Assembly: GCA_965200315.1 (NCBI GenBank)
Contig: OZ241362.1
Location: 2,560,001 to 2,624,000, forward strand
Reading direction: 5' to 3'
DNA length: 64,000 nt
Origin: Candidatus Latescibacterota bacterium
Lineage (GTDB): Bacteria; Latescibacterota; UBA2968; UBA8231
In this document: in pieces, positions 46,792 through 57,280 of the stretch
Numbering within the stretch: the first letter of the stretch is position 1
Layout: each line of letters begins with the position of its first letter
Made by a program: the position numbers and the translations under genes
Notes under the pieces: generated by a model
Database searches by the model: none
What the model saw: the letters and a program-made list of their open reading frames with translations, nothing else
What the model was told of the DNA's origin: nothing

Positions 46792-48459
46792 TCACCCGCC
46801 CTTCACGTCTTCCTTCTCTTCCTGAATTTTCAACAAGTTATCCTCGAAAACCTCAACCGAGTACTTCTCGTGTAACCCGCGCATATACTCCACGTACGCG
46901 TTTTGCGAACGTGCAATTTTCACATAAGCCCGCGCCCGCCGCTGTGAAAAAATGTGGTAGGGCTTCTTGGGGGCCGGTTGCTTCTCCGCCACCTTGAACA
47001 CCGAATACCCCCCTCTCACCTTTACCGGCCCCCCCACATCCCCCACTTGCAGATCTTTGGCTACTTTGTAGAGGTCTTGGTATAACCCGACCGGACTCAA
47101 GACCAACCGGCCCTCGTGGTGCGCCCGCTCCTTGCGAATCGTATAGTCACTAGCCAATTGCACCGCGTCGGCACCTCCCACCAACTCCGCTTTCAGACTG
47201 AGGGCCTGCTCCTTAAAGGCCACTAGAATCTCGGTCATGACAATGTTTTCAAAGCCCTGAAACTTCTCGGGATTTTGATCGTAAAAGGCTCTCGCCTCTT
47301 CATCGGTGATCGGCGGCAGCCGCTCCTCAACCTCGCGCTTGCGCAACGCGCTCACCAGCATCTCGCTGCGCTTGTTGGCCACTGCCGAGAGGATCATCTG
47401 ATGTTTATCCAGTCCCTTGCCGCGGGCTTCTTCTAGAAACATCCGATTGGGGATGGCCGAATCCTGTATATAATCGACGATCCAGTTTAGCTCGTAATCG
47501 CGCGAATAACCCTCTTCTTTCTCCGGTATGCTCAGCACGAGATCGTCAATGGTGATCGCGCCGCCGTTGTAGCGGCACAAAACCTCTTCGCCCTCTCCGG
47601 GCAACGCCATCCGCTCTGCGGGCGACAGCGCTAGACGCATCAGCACGTGGTCTAGCTTGTCGTAGTGAATTTGCGGCGCGTACTTGCCAGCGAGCGAATC
47701 GCGCAGAACTTGGGCGCGCTGTAGGCGCTTTTGGGCGAACACCTCTTCCCGGACGAACCGAGCGACCTCCCGAAAGGTGACCGGAGCGTCGTCTAAAATT
47801 TTGACGATCACGTAGCGCTGTGGATCGCCCCAAGGCAGCGGCTCGGAAATCTCGCCGCCCTGCATGGAAAAGATACGCCGGAGCGGCGGGGCCACATCGT
47901 CAATTGTATAGTACTTTTCCACGTCCCCGCCTTGGTCCCGCGTCGCCTCGTAGAGCGAGTGCTTTCTGGCCAATTGACCGAAATCAGCACCAGCCTCAAG
48001 TTCGTCGAGCAGGTCGAGGGCCTCGTCTCGGGCCGCTACCAAAATACCCGCATAGCGCAGTGCGCGATCCCGGTGCGAATCCCGGTAGTACTGCATCAGT
48101 TCCTCTTTGACAATGGAAATTCGCCGATCAATCTCGCTACTTCTGTAGAGCCTGACGGTCTGGTCCGCGGCGAACTGCTCGAGCTTGTGCTTAAACTCCC
48201 GTTCGTCGCCAATGCCAGCTCGTTCCGCTTCGGCGAGCAATAGTTTTTTGTCGATCAGTCCATTGAGCAGAATCCGGTCGGCTGCGACGCCGGTCTTACC
48301 CATCTGGTAGGCTTTGGGGATATTCGCGGCATAGGCCCTGAACTCGCTGACGGCAATGGGTTGGTCTTTTATCTGGGCGAGCACTAGATCGTCTTGGGCT
48401 ATACAGGGAAGCCAAAGCCCTAGGATGCAAGCGACTGAGCGCACTATTCCATTCTTCAT
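46792..48459 (-). CDS. Periplasmic parvulin-type PPIase/chaperone (SurA/PrsA-like, two parvulin domains)
   Basis: LIDKKLLLAEA, GADFGQLARKHS...GGD, GEISEP, GDVGGPV...GYSVFKV. Start ATG 48459, signal peptide CIA|Q. Confidence 0.85.
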   Translation of the reverse strand: MKNGIVRSVACILGLWLPCIAQDDLVLAQIKDQPIAVSEFRAYAANIPKAYQMGKTGVAADRILLNGLIDKKLLLAEAERAGIGDEREFKHKLEQFAADQTVRLYRSSEIDRRISIVKEELMQYYRDSHRDRALRYAGILVAARDEALDLLDELEAGADFGQLARKHSLYEATRDQGGDVEKYYTIDDVAPPLRRIFSMQGGEISEPLPWGDPQRYVIVKILDDAPVTFREVARFVREEVFAQKRLQRAQVLRDSLAGKYAPQIHYDKLDHVLMRLALSPAERMALPGEGEEVLCRYNGGAITIDDLVLSIPEKEEGYSRDYELNWIVDYIQDSAIPNRMFLEEARGKGLDKHQMILSAVANKRSEMLVSALRKREVEERLPPITDEEARAFYDQNPEKFQGFENIVMTEILVAFKEQALSLKAELVGGADAVQLASDYTIRKERAHHEGRLVLSPVGLYQDLYKVAKDLQVGDVGGPVKVRGGYSVFKVAEKQPAPKKPYHIFSQRRARAYVKIARSQNAYVEYMRGLHEKYSVEVFEDNLLKIQEEKEDVKGG

Positions 48460-48484
48460 AAATCTAAAACCATAGTTTGTAGGG

Positions 48485-50407
48485 TTAATAAACCAGCCGC
48501 ACGACCGCGACTTCGACATCCTTGGCCTTGTCCGAGTCCACTTCGAGACGCAAAAGATAGAGTCCGGGGGGTAGCAAGTTGCCCGCATCGTCCACGCCCT
48601 CCCAAGCAGCCGAGAACCGGCCACTAGCCGCGCTACTATGGGCCACCTCGCATCGCTTCACTCCCGCCAGATCGTAGAGATCAATCGCCACGGGCACAGC
48701 ACCGCTGAGATTTACCAGATCGTATTCAATCTGTAGCACATCGTTGACGCCATCGCCGTTGGGGGTAAAAAGCCGCGGCGAAAGCCACAATGCCTTGACC
48801 GCCGGATTGGCCACCGTACTCAAGCCGACGCTCAAGGTATTGCTCTCGGCCAGATCATCGGCGTTCCCCTCAGTGATGCGCTGGCGCACTTCATGGGGGA
48901 GTTGGCTATCGAAAACCCGGCCCGAAAACACCGTGCCCACCTGAAAGACCTCGGCCTGAAATTTGACCTCGACCAACTCGCCCGTGCGGTTGAGATCAAT
49001 CCGCGGTACTTGTACCACAAAGCTCTTCGCGTCCCTTTCCGCAATGGTAAAATCCTGTTCTTCGCCGCCGATGTACACTGCGTCAATGCTCGTGACCTCT
49101 ATGGGGGTGTTGATCTCAATGCTGTCGAAGCCGAGATCATTCTGCTCTAAGTTGGGCAGGATTTTGTAGATGAATTGGACGACCTCGCCCACCTCGACTT
49201 GGTGTGGCACGATCTCGGCTAGTACTTGGCTAGCTACCGGCGGCTGGGAGACGCTAAACTGCAAGTACTCCATGCGTCCGGCCGCAAGGGCCCGCTCCGA
49301 GAGGAAGTCCGCCTTGAACTGCAAGTAGCGCCGAGGCCGCGAACCCACCAATTCGGAATGCCCCCTATCGAAGTCGAGCGGTGGCGTCCAGAACTCCCAA
49401 TTTTCGTTGTCTGGGCTGATCCCGGCTTTCTCGCCGGCCTCCAGTCTTTTATAGCGGTCCAGAGTGAGCGGTTCGCCGCTGGTTGCAAAGCGGGAGCGCT
49501 CGTCGCCTCTGAACGTAAAGCGCCAGTAGAAATTGGGATCCGTGTCGTCGCCGCTGCGCATACTTAGATTGACCGTTGCGCCCTGATCTCGGCTGCCCGC
49601 CCAAGTCAGTTCGCCTAGGCTAGAAGCCATACCCAAATCAATGACATTGGATACATAGCTGGCCTGCGAGGCAAAGCCATCGCCGAAAATTTCAAATTCG
49701 GCGATCTCCCAATTGCCAACGGGTGCCTTAAAAAGAATTTCGGCAATGGGCCGGTCGGGCAGTTCCAACTCGAGAAAGGGCTCCAAATTATTGGCAACCG
49801 AGAACACGACATCGTAATCGAGAAAAGCCCCGCGCCAATGGTATTGCCCTTCTCGAGTTCCCTTTTTGCGCGAATCGCCGTCGTTGGTTCCTATCTCGAA
49901 TACCTCGATGAAGCGCTGGTGGGCAAAGCGCTCCGTGGTAGAAATTTTGATGCGCCGGATGGGAAACAGTCCGTTCAGCTCAAACCAGATGCCCTTCTTG
50001 CACGGCGAGCAGTCGGCCGACTGGCTGCGGCCACTTCCCAAATAAGCAGTGGTCAGATCCCCGTCCATCAAGAAGTCTAAGAGGGCTTCCGATTGCCAAC
50101 CGTAGGAATTGTTCGAGCGTATGCCCCCGCCCCGTTCCCGAATCAGCGGCGTCAGATTGACGCCAGGGTCTAAGCGCTGAGGCTCAATAGAACGAGTTGC
50201 GACCTCCAAGAGGTCTATCCTACCGAGCTGTTTTTCATCCACGTCAGCCCAAGACAACTGGATAAATTCAAATTCCCCATCCACTTCCGGCGGCGGCAAT
50301 TCCTCGCCGCCAATGCGATACACGGTGAGCGCCTCAACCGCAGCCAACCCATAGCAAAAGCTCCCTACTAGAGCAACCGCCAAAAGTCGCAGTAAATTCC
50401 CACTCAT
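48485..50407 (-). CDS. Secreted multidomain protein with FlgD/gliding-motility-type CTD (FTPNGDGVND), paralog A
   Basis: Signal peptide, discoidin-like segment (FELNGLFPIRRI...WEIAEFEIFGDG), YVSNVIDLG, RRYLQF, PRLFTPNGDGVND...YDLAG...WEG.D..G..LPPGLY. Confidence 0.8.
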   Translation of the reverse strand: MSGNLLRLLAVALVGSFCYGLAAVEALTVYRIGGEELPPPEVDGEFEFIQLSWADVDEKQLGRIDLLEVATRSIEPQRLDPGVNLTPLIRERGGGIRSNNSYGWQSEALLDFLMDGDLTTAYLGSGRSQSADCSPCKKGIWFELNGLFPIRRIKISTTERFAHQRFIEVFEIGTNDGDSRKKGTREGQYHWRGAFLDYDVVFSVANNLEPFLELELPDRPIAEILFKAPVGNWEIAEFEIFGDGFASQASYVSNVIDLGMASSLGELTWAGSRDQGATVNLSMRSGDDTDPNFYWRFTFRGDERSRFATSGEPLTLDRYKRLEAGEKAGISPDNENWEFWTPPLDFDRGHSELVGSRPRRYLQFKADFLSERALAAGRMEYLQFSVSQPPVASQVLAEIVPHQVEVGEVVQFIYKILPNLEQNDLGFDSIEINTPIEVTSIDAVYIGGEEQDFTIAERDAKSFVVQVPRIDLNRTGELVEVKFQAEVFQVGTVFSGRVFDSQLPHEVRQRITEGNADDLAESNTLSVGLSTVANPAVKALWLSPRLFTPNGDGVNDVLQIEYDLVNLSGAVPVAIDLYDLAGVKRCEVAHSSAASGRFSAAWEGVDDAGNLLPPGLYLLRLEVDSDKAKDVEVAVVRLVY

Positions 50408-50448
50408 TATCTACTTCCTACACCGCCGGTAAATGATCCAGATAGTAA

Positions 50449-50488
50449 ATAAAAGAAGGGGAGGAATAGAATTCCCCCCCTTCTTTAT
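50449..50488 (-). terminator. Intrinsic terminator after the TWGQIK gene
   Basis: Minus strand aaagaagggggggaat-tct-attcctccccttcttt followed by tattt. Confidence 0.8.
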
Positions 50489-50515
50489 GAGGCGCTTATA
50501 CGGCGCAAAAACCGC

Positions 50516-51436
50516 TTACTTGCCGAATGAAGCCTTGATCTGGCCCCAAGTGTTGTCTTCGACGGCTGTGGGCGCGATACCTTCAAAGGCGGACTCGTCA
50601 ACGCCCAGCATCACCCAGTCGGCCAAGAAATCGGCGTCGCCAAAGGACTCGACGTTGGGGCTGAGGGCCCAACGCGAATGGCAGTTACAATCGTCGGCCA
50701 ACTCAGCATCGGTATCAAAGACGTGCCCGGCAAGGCCGATGATCTCATCCTGTTCAAAGTCGTGCAGAACACTTCCTTGGGGGTCTTCCCAGTTGAAGTC
50801 GTCCCAATAGACGCTCCACCATTCGGCCCGTTGGCGCATCTCCTCAAAGGAATTGGGAGCCGTGCCACTAAACCAATAGGCATGGTCCGAGTACGGCGGC
50901 GTGTCGTACCAAGTAGCCTGGGTCATCCAAAACCAGTTCCACTCTCCCTCGCGGGCTTGGCCATTGTCGAACCAATAGTGGCTGATTTGCGCATGGCGAC
51001 CGCGCTGGCGTGCCTTCTCCTCGTCGGTCTGGCCTTCCAGATCCCAGAAGGAGCCGCCCGAGTGATCGGCATCTACAGTCGTTTCGACCGACTCGTTGCC
51101 CAACTGGTACTTGTCGTCGAAGCGCTCGTAGGCCCAGTAGAGGCGGTTGGTTTCCTCGTTCCAAGTGGGAATCCAGCGGAAGGAAATCGAGGACACGTCC
51201 AGATCGCCGGTGTAGATCCACGTCCGGCCCGTGCTCTGTACGACGCTCTGCTCGGTGATCCAAAATTCCTCGGGAATGATATCCCATTCGCTCAGATCGG
51301 CATCTAGGACCGGAAGGTGTGTCTCGGGCCATTGCCACACCGCGCCAATAAAATCGGGCGGATCGTGAGCCTGAACTTTGGTGCTCAAGCCGAGCAAAAG
51401 CACCGGAATAAATAAGGCTGACAAAACTTTTTTCAA
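50516..51436 (-). CDS. Secreted CBM9/DOMON-like protein with C-terminal TWGQIK motif
   Basis: Signal peptide VQA|H, PVLDADLSEW, W.EETNRLY, DADHSGG, tail PTAVEDNTWGQIKASF; strong AAGGAGG SD and TTG start. Confidence 0.8.
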   Translation of the reverse strand: MKKVLSALFIPVLLLGLSTKVQAHDPPDFIGAVWQWPETHLPVLDADLSEWDIIPEEFWITEQSVVQSTGRTWIYTGDLDVSSISFRWIPTWNEETNRLYWAYERFDDKYQLGNESVETTVDADHSGGSFWDLEGQTDEEKARQRGRHAQISHYWFDNGQAREGEWNWFWMTQATWYDTPPYSDHAYWFSGTAPNSFEEMRQRAEWWSVYWDDFNWEDPQGSVLHDFEQDEIIGLAGHVFDTDAELADDCNCHSRWALSPNVESFGDADFLADWVMLGVDESAFEGIAPTAVEDNTWGQIKASFGK

Positions 51437-51524
51437 GGCGAACCTCCTTCTTAGAGGTGTGAGGTTTTGGTTTTGCAGAACGATGCTCTAATTAATAAAA
51501 ACAGCCTATAAGGTCAAGCAAAAA

Positions 51525-54431
51525 TCACTTTAAGCCGGCGATAATCGACAGAAAACTCAAGCCCGAGGTCTCAATCTCTCGGCTCCGGTCGACAACCTCC
51601 AACGAGCGGCGGTCGAGGCGGATGCCCACCTGAGTGGTTAGCTCGTAGCCTAGATATTGGCTGATATTGGTCAATTGCAACGCCAAAACCGAGCCGCGAA
51701 AATCCCCAGTGAAAAGCCCCGCTGTCCGTTCGTTTTCCCTTTCTTCGAGGTCGAAGAAAGAGCGCTGCTCCAAGCCGAACTCAAACTCAGAAGTCTCAAA
51801 CACTGGAATGCTGCCGACAAAGAAGAAGATGCCGTCCCAAGAGCGCCGCGTGTCGAAGGCTCGGCTAAAGGGCACCTCGCGCAGGAATTCGCTCTTGAGT
51901 TTGGGCCTGAAACTCAGCGACCGCCAGTAAAAGACGCATTCTATCTTGTTGATCAGCCCGACAAAACCTGAGGTCCGTCGCCCGTTGCGCCCCTCAGGAC
52001 CTAGCGGGTCAAAGGCCACTGTAGGATCGCCAACCTCGTCGGAGGCATCGCGCAAAAATTCGCGCTGCCGCCAAGTCTCCCATTTGAAGCGATGCAGGGT
52101 CTGCCACAAACGCGGGCTAGAGTACTCCCAGTCGGCGTAAAAAGTGTTGATCCAAGTGTCCTCCGCAGCCAAGGGATCCAACACCGGCACATTGCTGCCG
52201 GCCGACTCGGCCGCTGCGCCGAATGTGCTCCTAGGGATGACCCATTGCACCAAGTGGTCGGCGATCTCGTCCTCGGCCTTCTTAACCATGTCGAAAATCC
52301 GCAGACGGCCCCACCGCGACCCGCTCTGCTCCAAGAGGAACATGCCATAGCTAGTCAGGTTGCGGCGGTTGCTCGCCAAGCGGGTTTGCCGCAACTGACC
52401 CACCCGTAGCTGGATACCCGGTGCCACCTCGAGCCCGCCGAAGACGTTGTAACCCCAGTGATCTTTCTTGTAGGGATAGTCCGGCTCTTGGTCGTTTTCA
52501 AAGCGCTCCACCCACCCATTGTTGTTGAGATCGATGCCGAAGAGAAATTCTGGGCGATCTGCGGCATAGCGCAAAAAAGGCTCGTCGTAGTCGGGGAAAA
52601 AATTCACCCGATCGACCGTGCTATTCTGGTTGAAATCCGATATGAAGTCGCGATTCTCGTCATAACCGGGGAAAACCGCCGGGTCGGCCACGCCGCGCAC
52701 CTCGATTTCGCTGCGTCGCTCGGTGGGGACAAAGCTGCCCTCGCCCACCCGCAGCCAGTCGGGTTGGCGGTCGTTGTCGTCGTTGTCATCTACAAACTCG
52801 TAGTGCAAATTGACGGCCTCGGGAGCGTAGTCCGACACCCCGTCTCGATTTACGGTCAGGACGCTGGTGCGGTACCCATCTTCCATACCAAATCCCTCGC
52901 CCCTAAAGCTCCAAGGCCCCTCTTGGAAGGCCAAATTGACCAACCAGCCTACTTCATGGCGATCCCCCTCGATACCATTGATCGCACGGTGGGAATCCCG
53001 TCCTATGCTGGGGTACTTTCGGTACTGGGTATTGAGGTTTATTTCTCCGTAAAAATCGAAGCCGTGAAAATCCCGCACCTCGGCCGTCAGACCGACGATC
53101 TGGTCGGCCGTAGGCAGCCCATAGTCGAAGACAACCTCGCGCTGGTTCAGTTGGTTCTTGATATTGCCGTCGGCCCGCGCCACGGGTAAAAATTGAGGCA
53201 CGTTAAATTCGTCCGTCTGCCTATTGGAACTGACCTCGACGCGATAGTCGTTGGCTAGCACGAGGCGGAAGCGCACGTCTCGAATGGCACTAATCGCGGC
53301 TTCGGCCTCAGATAGGGTGAGGTTTAGATGTTGCTGGAAGAGCACCCGCAAGGTTCCTTCTTCCCCGGCCGTTTCCCTAGGGGCTAAGGGGTATTGCAAA
53401 ATTATTTGGTCTGCGCCATCGGCCGTTAGAAATCCCCGATCTCGCCTCCCCCCCTCAATGGTCGGTCTAAAGCCGATACTGCTGCTGAGGATGACGGTAT
53501 CCCGCTCCACGTGAACTAGCTGATCCTGAACCGTCTCCTGACGGCTCAGGGTGGTGCGGATCTCGATCTCCTCGCTAACCAAGACGGCACCGCCCTCTCC
53601 GTCTTCCGGCGAGTCGTCCGAGAGCCGCACCAAGAGCAGGTCAACCCGCTGGGCCAGTTGCCCCGCCGTCAGGGCACCCTTGAACACATTCCCTTGGAAG
53701 CTCTCATTGCTGCCCGTGTTGTTGTGGCTGTTGACGAAGTTCACCCCCAACGTAAAAGAATCGCGCAAATCGGCTTCGATCCGGCCCGCTGTGAGGTTAG
53801 TAGCGTACTGGAAGCGCGCAGTGCCCCCCGAAAGGAGCGGGAACGAAATCCGCGAAAAAAGCCCAGTGGCGCGAAAGCGGTCGGCGGCAAAGTCGGCTAC
53901 TACCCCGTTGAACCCCGCCTTGCGGAAGGTCATCGGCGTTAGCGTAGTCCATATCTCGTCTCCGACCATAATCGAATAGCGGTACTGACCCTTGGAATCG
54001 CCGGATATGACCAAGCGGCTAAACCAGTTGTTGTACGAGGCCCCTTTTCTCACCGAGGAACTCTCGGCGATCAGCGGTTTTGTCTGGCGCCAGTCGTACA
54101 CCAGCCACCCCCGCGTAATGAGGCGACCGAAAGGATCGTAGAAGAGATCACCCTCCGATGTGGGGTTGATATAGCGCCTGTGGGCTTGGCGGGCGTAGTT
54201 GGTGTACTCCCATTGATTGCGGCCGAATTCGCCAAACAGGGGAGCCGGCATGTACCAGCGCTGCACGGTCGGATCCAGCGCCTCCATGTAAGTAGAAACG
54301 CCGGGCACGTGGTAGATGACGCGGTCTCCCACCCGATCTCCCAGCCGCCCCCCATAGTCGACTTGAGCAGCGGCTACTACCCACAGATTCAACCCGGCTA
54401 AGGCAGCCAATATGATGTAACGCGCCTTCAT
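51525..54431 (-). CDS. Large exported hypothetical protein (968 aa), putative outer-membrane barrel with Ca-binding loops, paralog A
   Basis: Signal peptide AAA|Q; TTLTPMTF.K..FNG, LSDDSPEDG.GGA, DDNDDNDRQPD, DENRDFISDFNQN, GIDLNNNGW; amphipathic strands in the C-terminal third. Confidence 0.7.
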   Translation of the reverse strand: MKARYIILAALAGLNLWVVAAAQVDYGGRLGDRVGDRVIYHVPGVSTYMEALDPTVQRWYMPAPLFGEFGRNQWEYTNYARQAHRRYINPTSEGDLFYDPFGRLITRGWLVYDWRQTKPLIAESSSVRKGASYNNWFSRLVISGDSKGQYRYSIMVGDEIWTTLTPMTFRKAGFNGVVADFAADRFRATGLFSRISFPLLSGGTARFQYATNLTAGRIEADLRDSFTLGVNFVNSHNNTGSNESFQGNVFKGALTAGQLAQRVDLLLVRLSDDSPEDGEGGAVLVSEEIEIRTTLSRQETVQDQLVHVERDTVILSSSIGFRPTIEGGRRDRGFLTADGADQIILQYPLAPRETAGEEGTLRVLFQQHLNLTLSEAEAAISAIRDVRFRLVLANDYRVEVSSNRQTDEFNVPQFLPVARADGNIKNQLNQREVVFDYGLPTADQIVGLTAEVRDFHGFDFYGEINLNTQYRKYPSIGRDSHRAINGIEGDRHEVGWLVNLAFQEGPWSFRGEGFGMEDGYRTSVLTVNRDGVSDYAPEAVNLHYEFVDDNDDNDRQPDWLRVGEGSFVPTERRSEIEVRGVADPAVFPGYDENRDFISDFNQNSTVDRVNFFPDYDEPFLRYAADRPEFLFGIDLNNNGWVERFENDQEPDYPYKKDHWGYNVFGGLEVAPGIQLRVGQLRQTRLASNRRNLTSYGMFLLEQSGSRWGRLRIFDMVKKAEDEIADHLVQWVIPRSTFGAAAESAGSNVPVLDPLAAEDTWINTFYADWEYSSPRLWQTLHRFKWETWRQREFLRDASDEVGDPTVAFDPLGPEGRNGRRTSGFVGLINKIECVFYWRSLSFRPKLKSEFLREVPFSRAFDTRRSWDGIFFFVGSIPVFETSEFEFGLEQRSFFDLEERENERTAGLFTGDFRGSVLALQLTNISQYLGYELTTQVGIRLDRRSLEVVDRSREIETSGLSFLSIIAGLK

Positions 54432-54433
54432 CC

Positions 54434-57241
54434 TTACAGTCCGGCATAGATGGTGATGAAACTAGTGGTCTCGGTTCGTCCTTTGGTGAGCTTGTCGAAG
54501 ATCCGGGGTTCGACCTCCCTCACCGTCTCAGTGAAGGTTCGGCCGATACGCAGGCCGAGTTGCGTCGTCAGCTTGTAACCCAAATAGTTCGAGTTGTTGG
54601 TTAGCTGCACCGCAAAAACCGCAGAGCGCAAGTCTCCGGTCTCTTCGGCGATGCCCTGCTCAACCATATCCTCCTCCGGCTGTACCAGTTCGTTGAACTG
54701 GGCCAACTCCACCCCGAAATCGACTACGCTACTGTTGAGTAGGGGCACTTGAGCCAAAAGCGAGGCAATCCCAGTCCATTGTTTTAAGTCTTCTTCGGCT
54801 AGCACAAAGGCGTCTTGACGGAAGTACTCACTTTTGAGCCTAGGCTGTAGGAGGAAGCGGCCTAGGTGCAGCTTGTACTCGAATTTGTTGATCAAGCCCA
54901 AGAGGGAAGGCGAACCGGCCAGTATCCGGCCATCGATGTCGCGGGCCTCGTCTTGGGCTTGGTTGTAGCGCTCGTATTTGAGTTTGTTGACGATCTCAAA
55001 ATTGGCAATGGCGGTGTAGTCCACACCCAGCCACGCGGTGTTGATGTAGGTATCGGGAAAGACCAGCATATCCGCCACCAGCGGCGGCGTGGGCGCGTCG
55101 AGGAAGGGCAGCGGTGCCCGCCGGGCATCCGGGATAGTGTCCGCGACCCGCTTGAACATATCGAAGACCCGTACCCGCCCGAAACCGGGGTAGTCCTTGT
55201 CGAGGGTGAACATGGCATACGCGGTTTGATTGTCCCGATCGTCCGAGAGCATGCGCTCATCGAGGCGCCCCACTAGCAGGCGCGCCTCGGGGAGGAGGTG
55301 AACGCCAAAAAAGACGTTGTAGCCGCGCCGGTCGGGCTTGTAGGGATAGTCGGCTAACTCGTCGTCCTCAAAACGGTCAATCCAGCCGTTGTTGTTGAGG
55401 TCAATGCCGAAGAGCAGTTCAGGCCGATCGACGTGATAGCGCAAAAACGGCTCTTCGTAGTCGGGAATGGAGTTGGGAACTGAGCGGTTGTCGTTCTGGT
55501 TGAAGTCCGAAATGAAGTCGAGGTTTTCGTCCCAGCCGGGGAACACCTCCCGGTCATTCGCCTGCGAGCCTACCCGGGCCCAATCGGGCTGGCGGTCTTG
55601 GTCGTCATTGTCGGCGACAAATTCGTACACCGAGCGTATGGGATCGTCGTAGAACACATCCCCTTGGGGTAGGGAGACAAAAGCCGAGGTCGAATAGTCG
55701 GCATCCACCGAGTAGGCTTCGCCATAACTGAAAAATGGGTAGGCTTCTTTGGACAAATTGAAGATAGCGGCCTGACCACTCTCCGCCGAGACCTCGTGCC
55801 CTTCGTTGGCGTTGAACAGGGCGGCATTCGGGTACTGGAAATAGCGCAGGTTGTTGTTCCATTCACCGTAGAAATCAAAGCCCCACACCTTCTTGCCCTC
55901 AATGGTGAATCCGGCGACCATATTGGCCGAGGGCAAGCCGTAGTTAAAAAGGACCCGTTGGGCGTTGGATATATCCCTTATATTGCCGGAAGCCCGACTT
56001 ATCTCGATGAGCACCGGCTCGGCTTCTTCGATGACTTGGTTGGTCAGCGGCGGCGGCGGCACCGGGCGCGTACCAGTCTGCAGATTGGACCACATTTCGA
56101 CCTTGAAGTCGTTGGCTAGCACATAGTCGAACTCCACCTCGACTATGGTAGTTAAATCCGGCCCCACATACGCCGGGTCTGTAAAGTCGTAATTGAGGAT
56201 GATTCGCTCGCTGCCGTCGGCGGCCAAAAAGCCCGTGCGCGGAAAGCCGCCGAACACGGTCGGCCACTCCGCGCCCTCGCGTACCACCTCGTCCAACGTC
56301 AAGACGGTCTCTAGACCCGTTTCAAAATCGCGGCTCTTGATGCGTATATCGTGGCTGAAAAGGGCCGCGCCACCAGCCCCGTCCTCGGGGCTGTCGTCGC
56401 TAAGGACGATAGCTATGGCCGTAACCGGCGTACTAGTCTGTCCCGAGGTGAGGTTCCCCGCTAGGAGATTGCCTTCAAACATGTCCAAGGCGGTATTGGC
56501 ATTGTGGGCGTTGACCACGGTCCCACCCACCGTAATAAAGTCGCCCACCTGAGCGAGGGCTCGGCCACCGAACAGGGAGGTTGAATTAGATTGCCGCCTC
56601 GGATTGATGGTCACGCCCACGGCCGGATCATTGATCCGCGAGGCCAGCACGGTGGCGGCGTATTTGTCCGCGGCGAAGTCGATCTGGACTCCGTTGAAAT
56701 TCGGCTTGGAAAAGGTCATCGGCGTAAGGGTGGTGCGGATCGCGTTGCCCACGGTAATGGCGTAGGAGTACTGGCCCCTAGAGTCGCCGCTTACGGTCAC
56801 CGAGCTGAAGAATTGCTCGAATTGGCGGCCCTTGAAGATACCGCTGCCCAGCTCTTGGGGCTGGTCTTGACGCCAGTCGTACACCAGCCAGCCGCGGTTG
56901 ATATAGTTGCCGAAAAAGTCGTAGAAGTAGTCGCCCTCTAAGTTGGTGTTGATATAGCGCTGGTACTGGTCGCGGGCGTAGTTGGAGTACTCCCATTGGC
57001 GCCACCTGAACTCGTAGTAAAGTTCTTGGGGAACGTACCACTTCTGTACGGCGGGATCGAGGGCTCCAAAGAGCACGCCTGGCCCCCGGGGCTCAAAACT
57101 GACTTCGCCGCCGCGCTGGCTCCCTAGGCGAGTGCCGTAGTCTTGGGCGTGGAGCACGGTTTGGAACGCGACCAATAGTGCCAGCCCAATCGTTAAAATC
57201 GCTCCGCGGACATGCAAGGCCGCACCCTCCCAATTCTGCAT
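54434..57241 (-). CDS. Large exported hypothetical protein (935 aa), paralog B
   Basis: Collinear with 51525-54431 (DYG.RLG, LDP.VQ.WY, RQWEY.NYAR, GWLVYDWRQ, DNDDQDRQPDW, YLGY.LTTQ.G, I.AGL end). Confidence 0.7.
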   Translation of the reverse strand: MQNWEGAALHVRGAILTIGLALLVAFQTVLHAQDYGTRLGSQRGGEVSFEPRGPGVLFGALDPAVQKWYVPQELYYEFRWRQWEYSNYARDQYQRYINTNLEGDYFYDFFGNYINRGWLVYDWRQDQPQELGSGIFKGRQFEQFFSSVTVSGDSRGQYSYAITVGNAIRTTLTPMTFSKPNFNGVQIDFAADKYAATVLASRINDPAVGVTINPRRQSNSTSLFGGRALAQVGDFITVGGTVVNAHNANTALDMFEGNLLAGNLTSGQTSTPVTAIAIVLSDDSPEDGAGGAALFSHDIRIKSRDFETGLETVLTLDEVVREGAEWPTVFGGFPRTGFLAADGSERIILNYDFTDPAYVGPDLTTIVEVEFDYVLANDFKVEMWSNLQTGTRPVPPPPLTNQVIEEAEPVLIEISRASGNIRDISNAQRVLFNYGLPSANMVAGFTIEGKKVWGFDFYGEWNNNLRYFQYPNAALFNANEGHEVSAESGQAAIFNLSKEAYPFFSYGEAYSVDADYSTSAFVSLPQGDVFYDDPIRSVYEFVADNDDQDRQPDWARVGSQANDREVFPGWDENLDFISDFNQNDNRSVPNSIPDYEEPFLRYHVDRPELLFGIDLNNNGWIDRFEDDELADYPYKPDRRGYNVFFGVHLLPEARLLVGRLDERMLSDDRDNQTAYAMFTLDKDYPGFGRVRVFDMFKRVADTIPDARRAPLPFLDAPTPPLVADMLVFPDTYINTAWLGVDYTAIANFEIVNKLKYERYNQAQDEARDIDGRILAGSPSLLGLINKFEYKLHLGRFLLQPRLKSEYFRQDAFVLAEEDLKQWTGIASLLAQVPLLNSSVVDFGVELAQFNELVQPEEDMVEQGIAEETGDLRSAVFAVQLTNNSNYLGYKLTTQLGLRIGRTFTETVREVEPRIFDKLTKGRTETTSFITIYAGL

Positions 57242-57280
57242 GGTAAAAATTCATCGCGAGGGGTTTCCCCTCGCCCGGTA

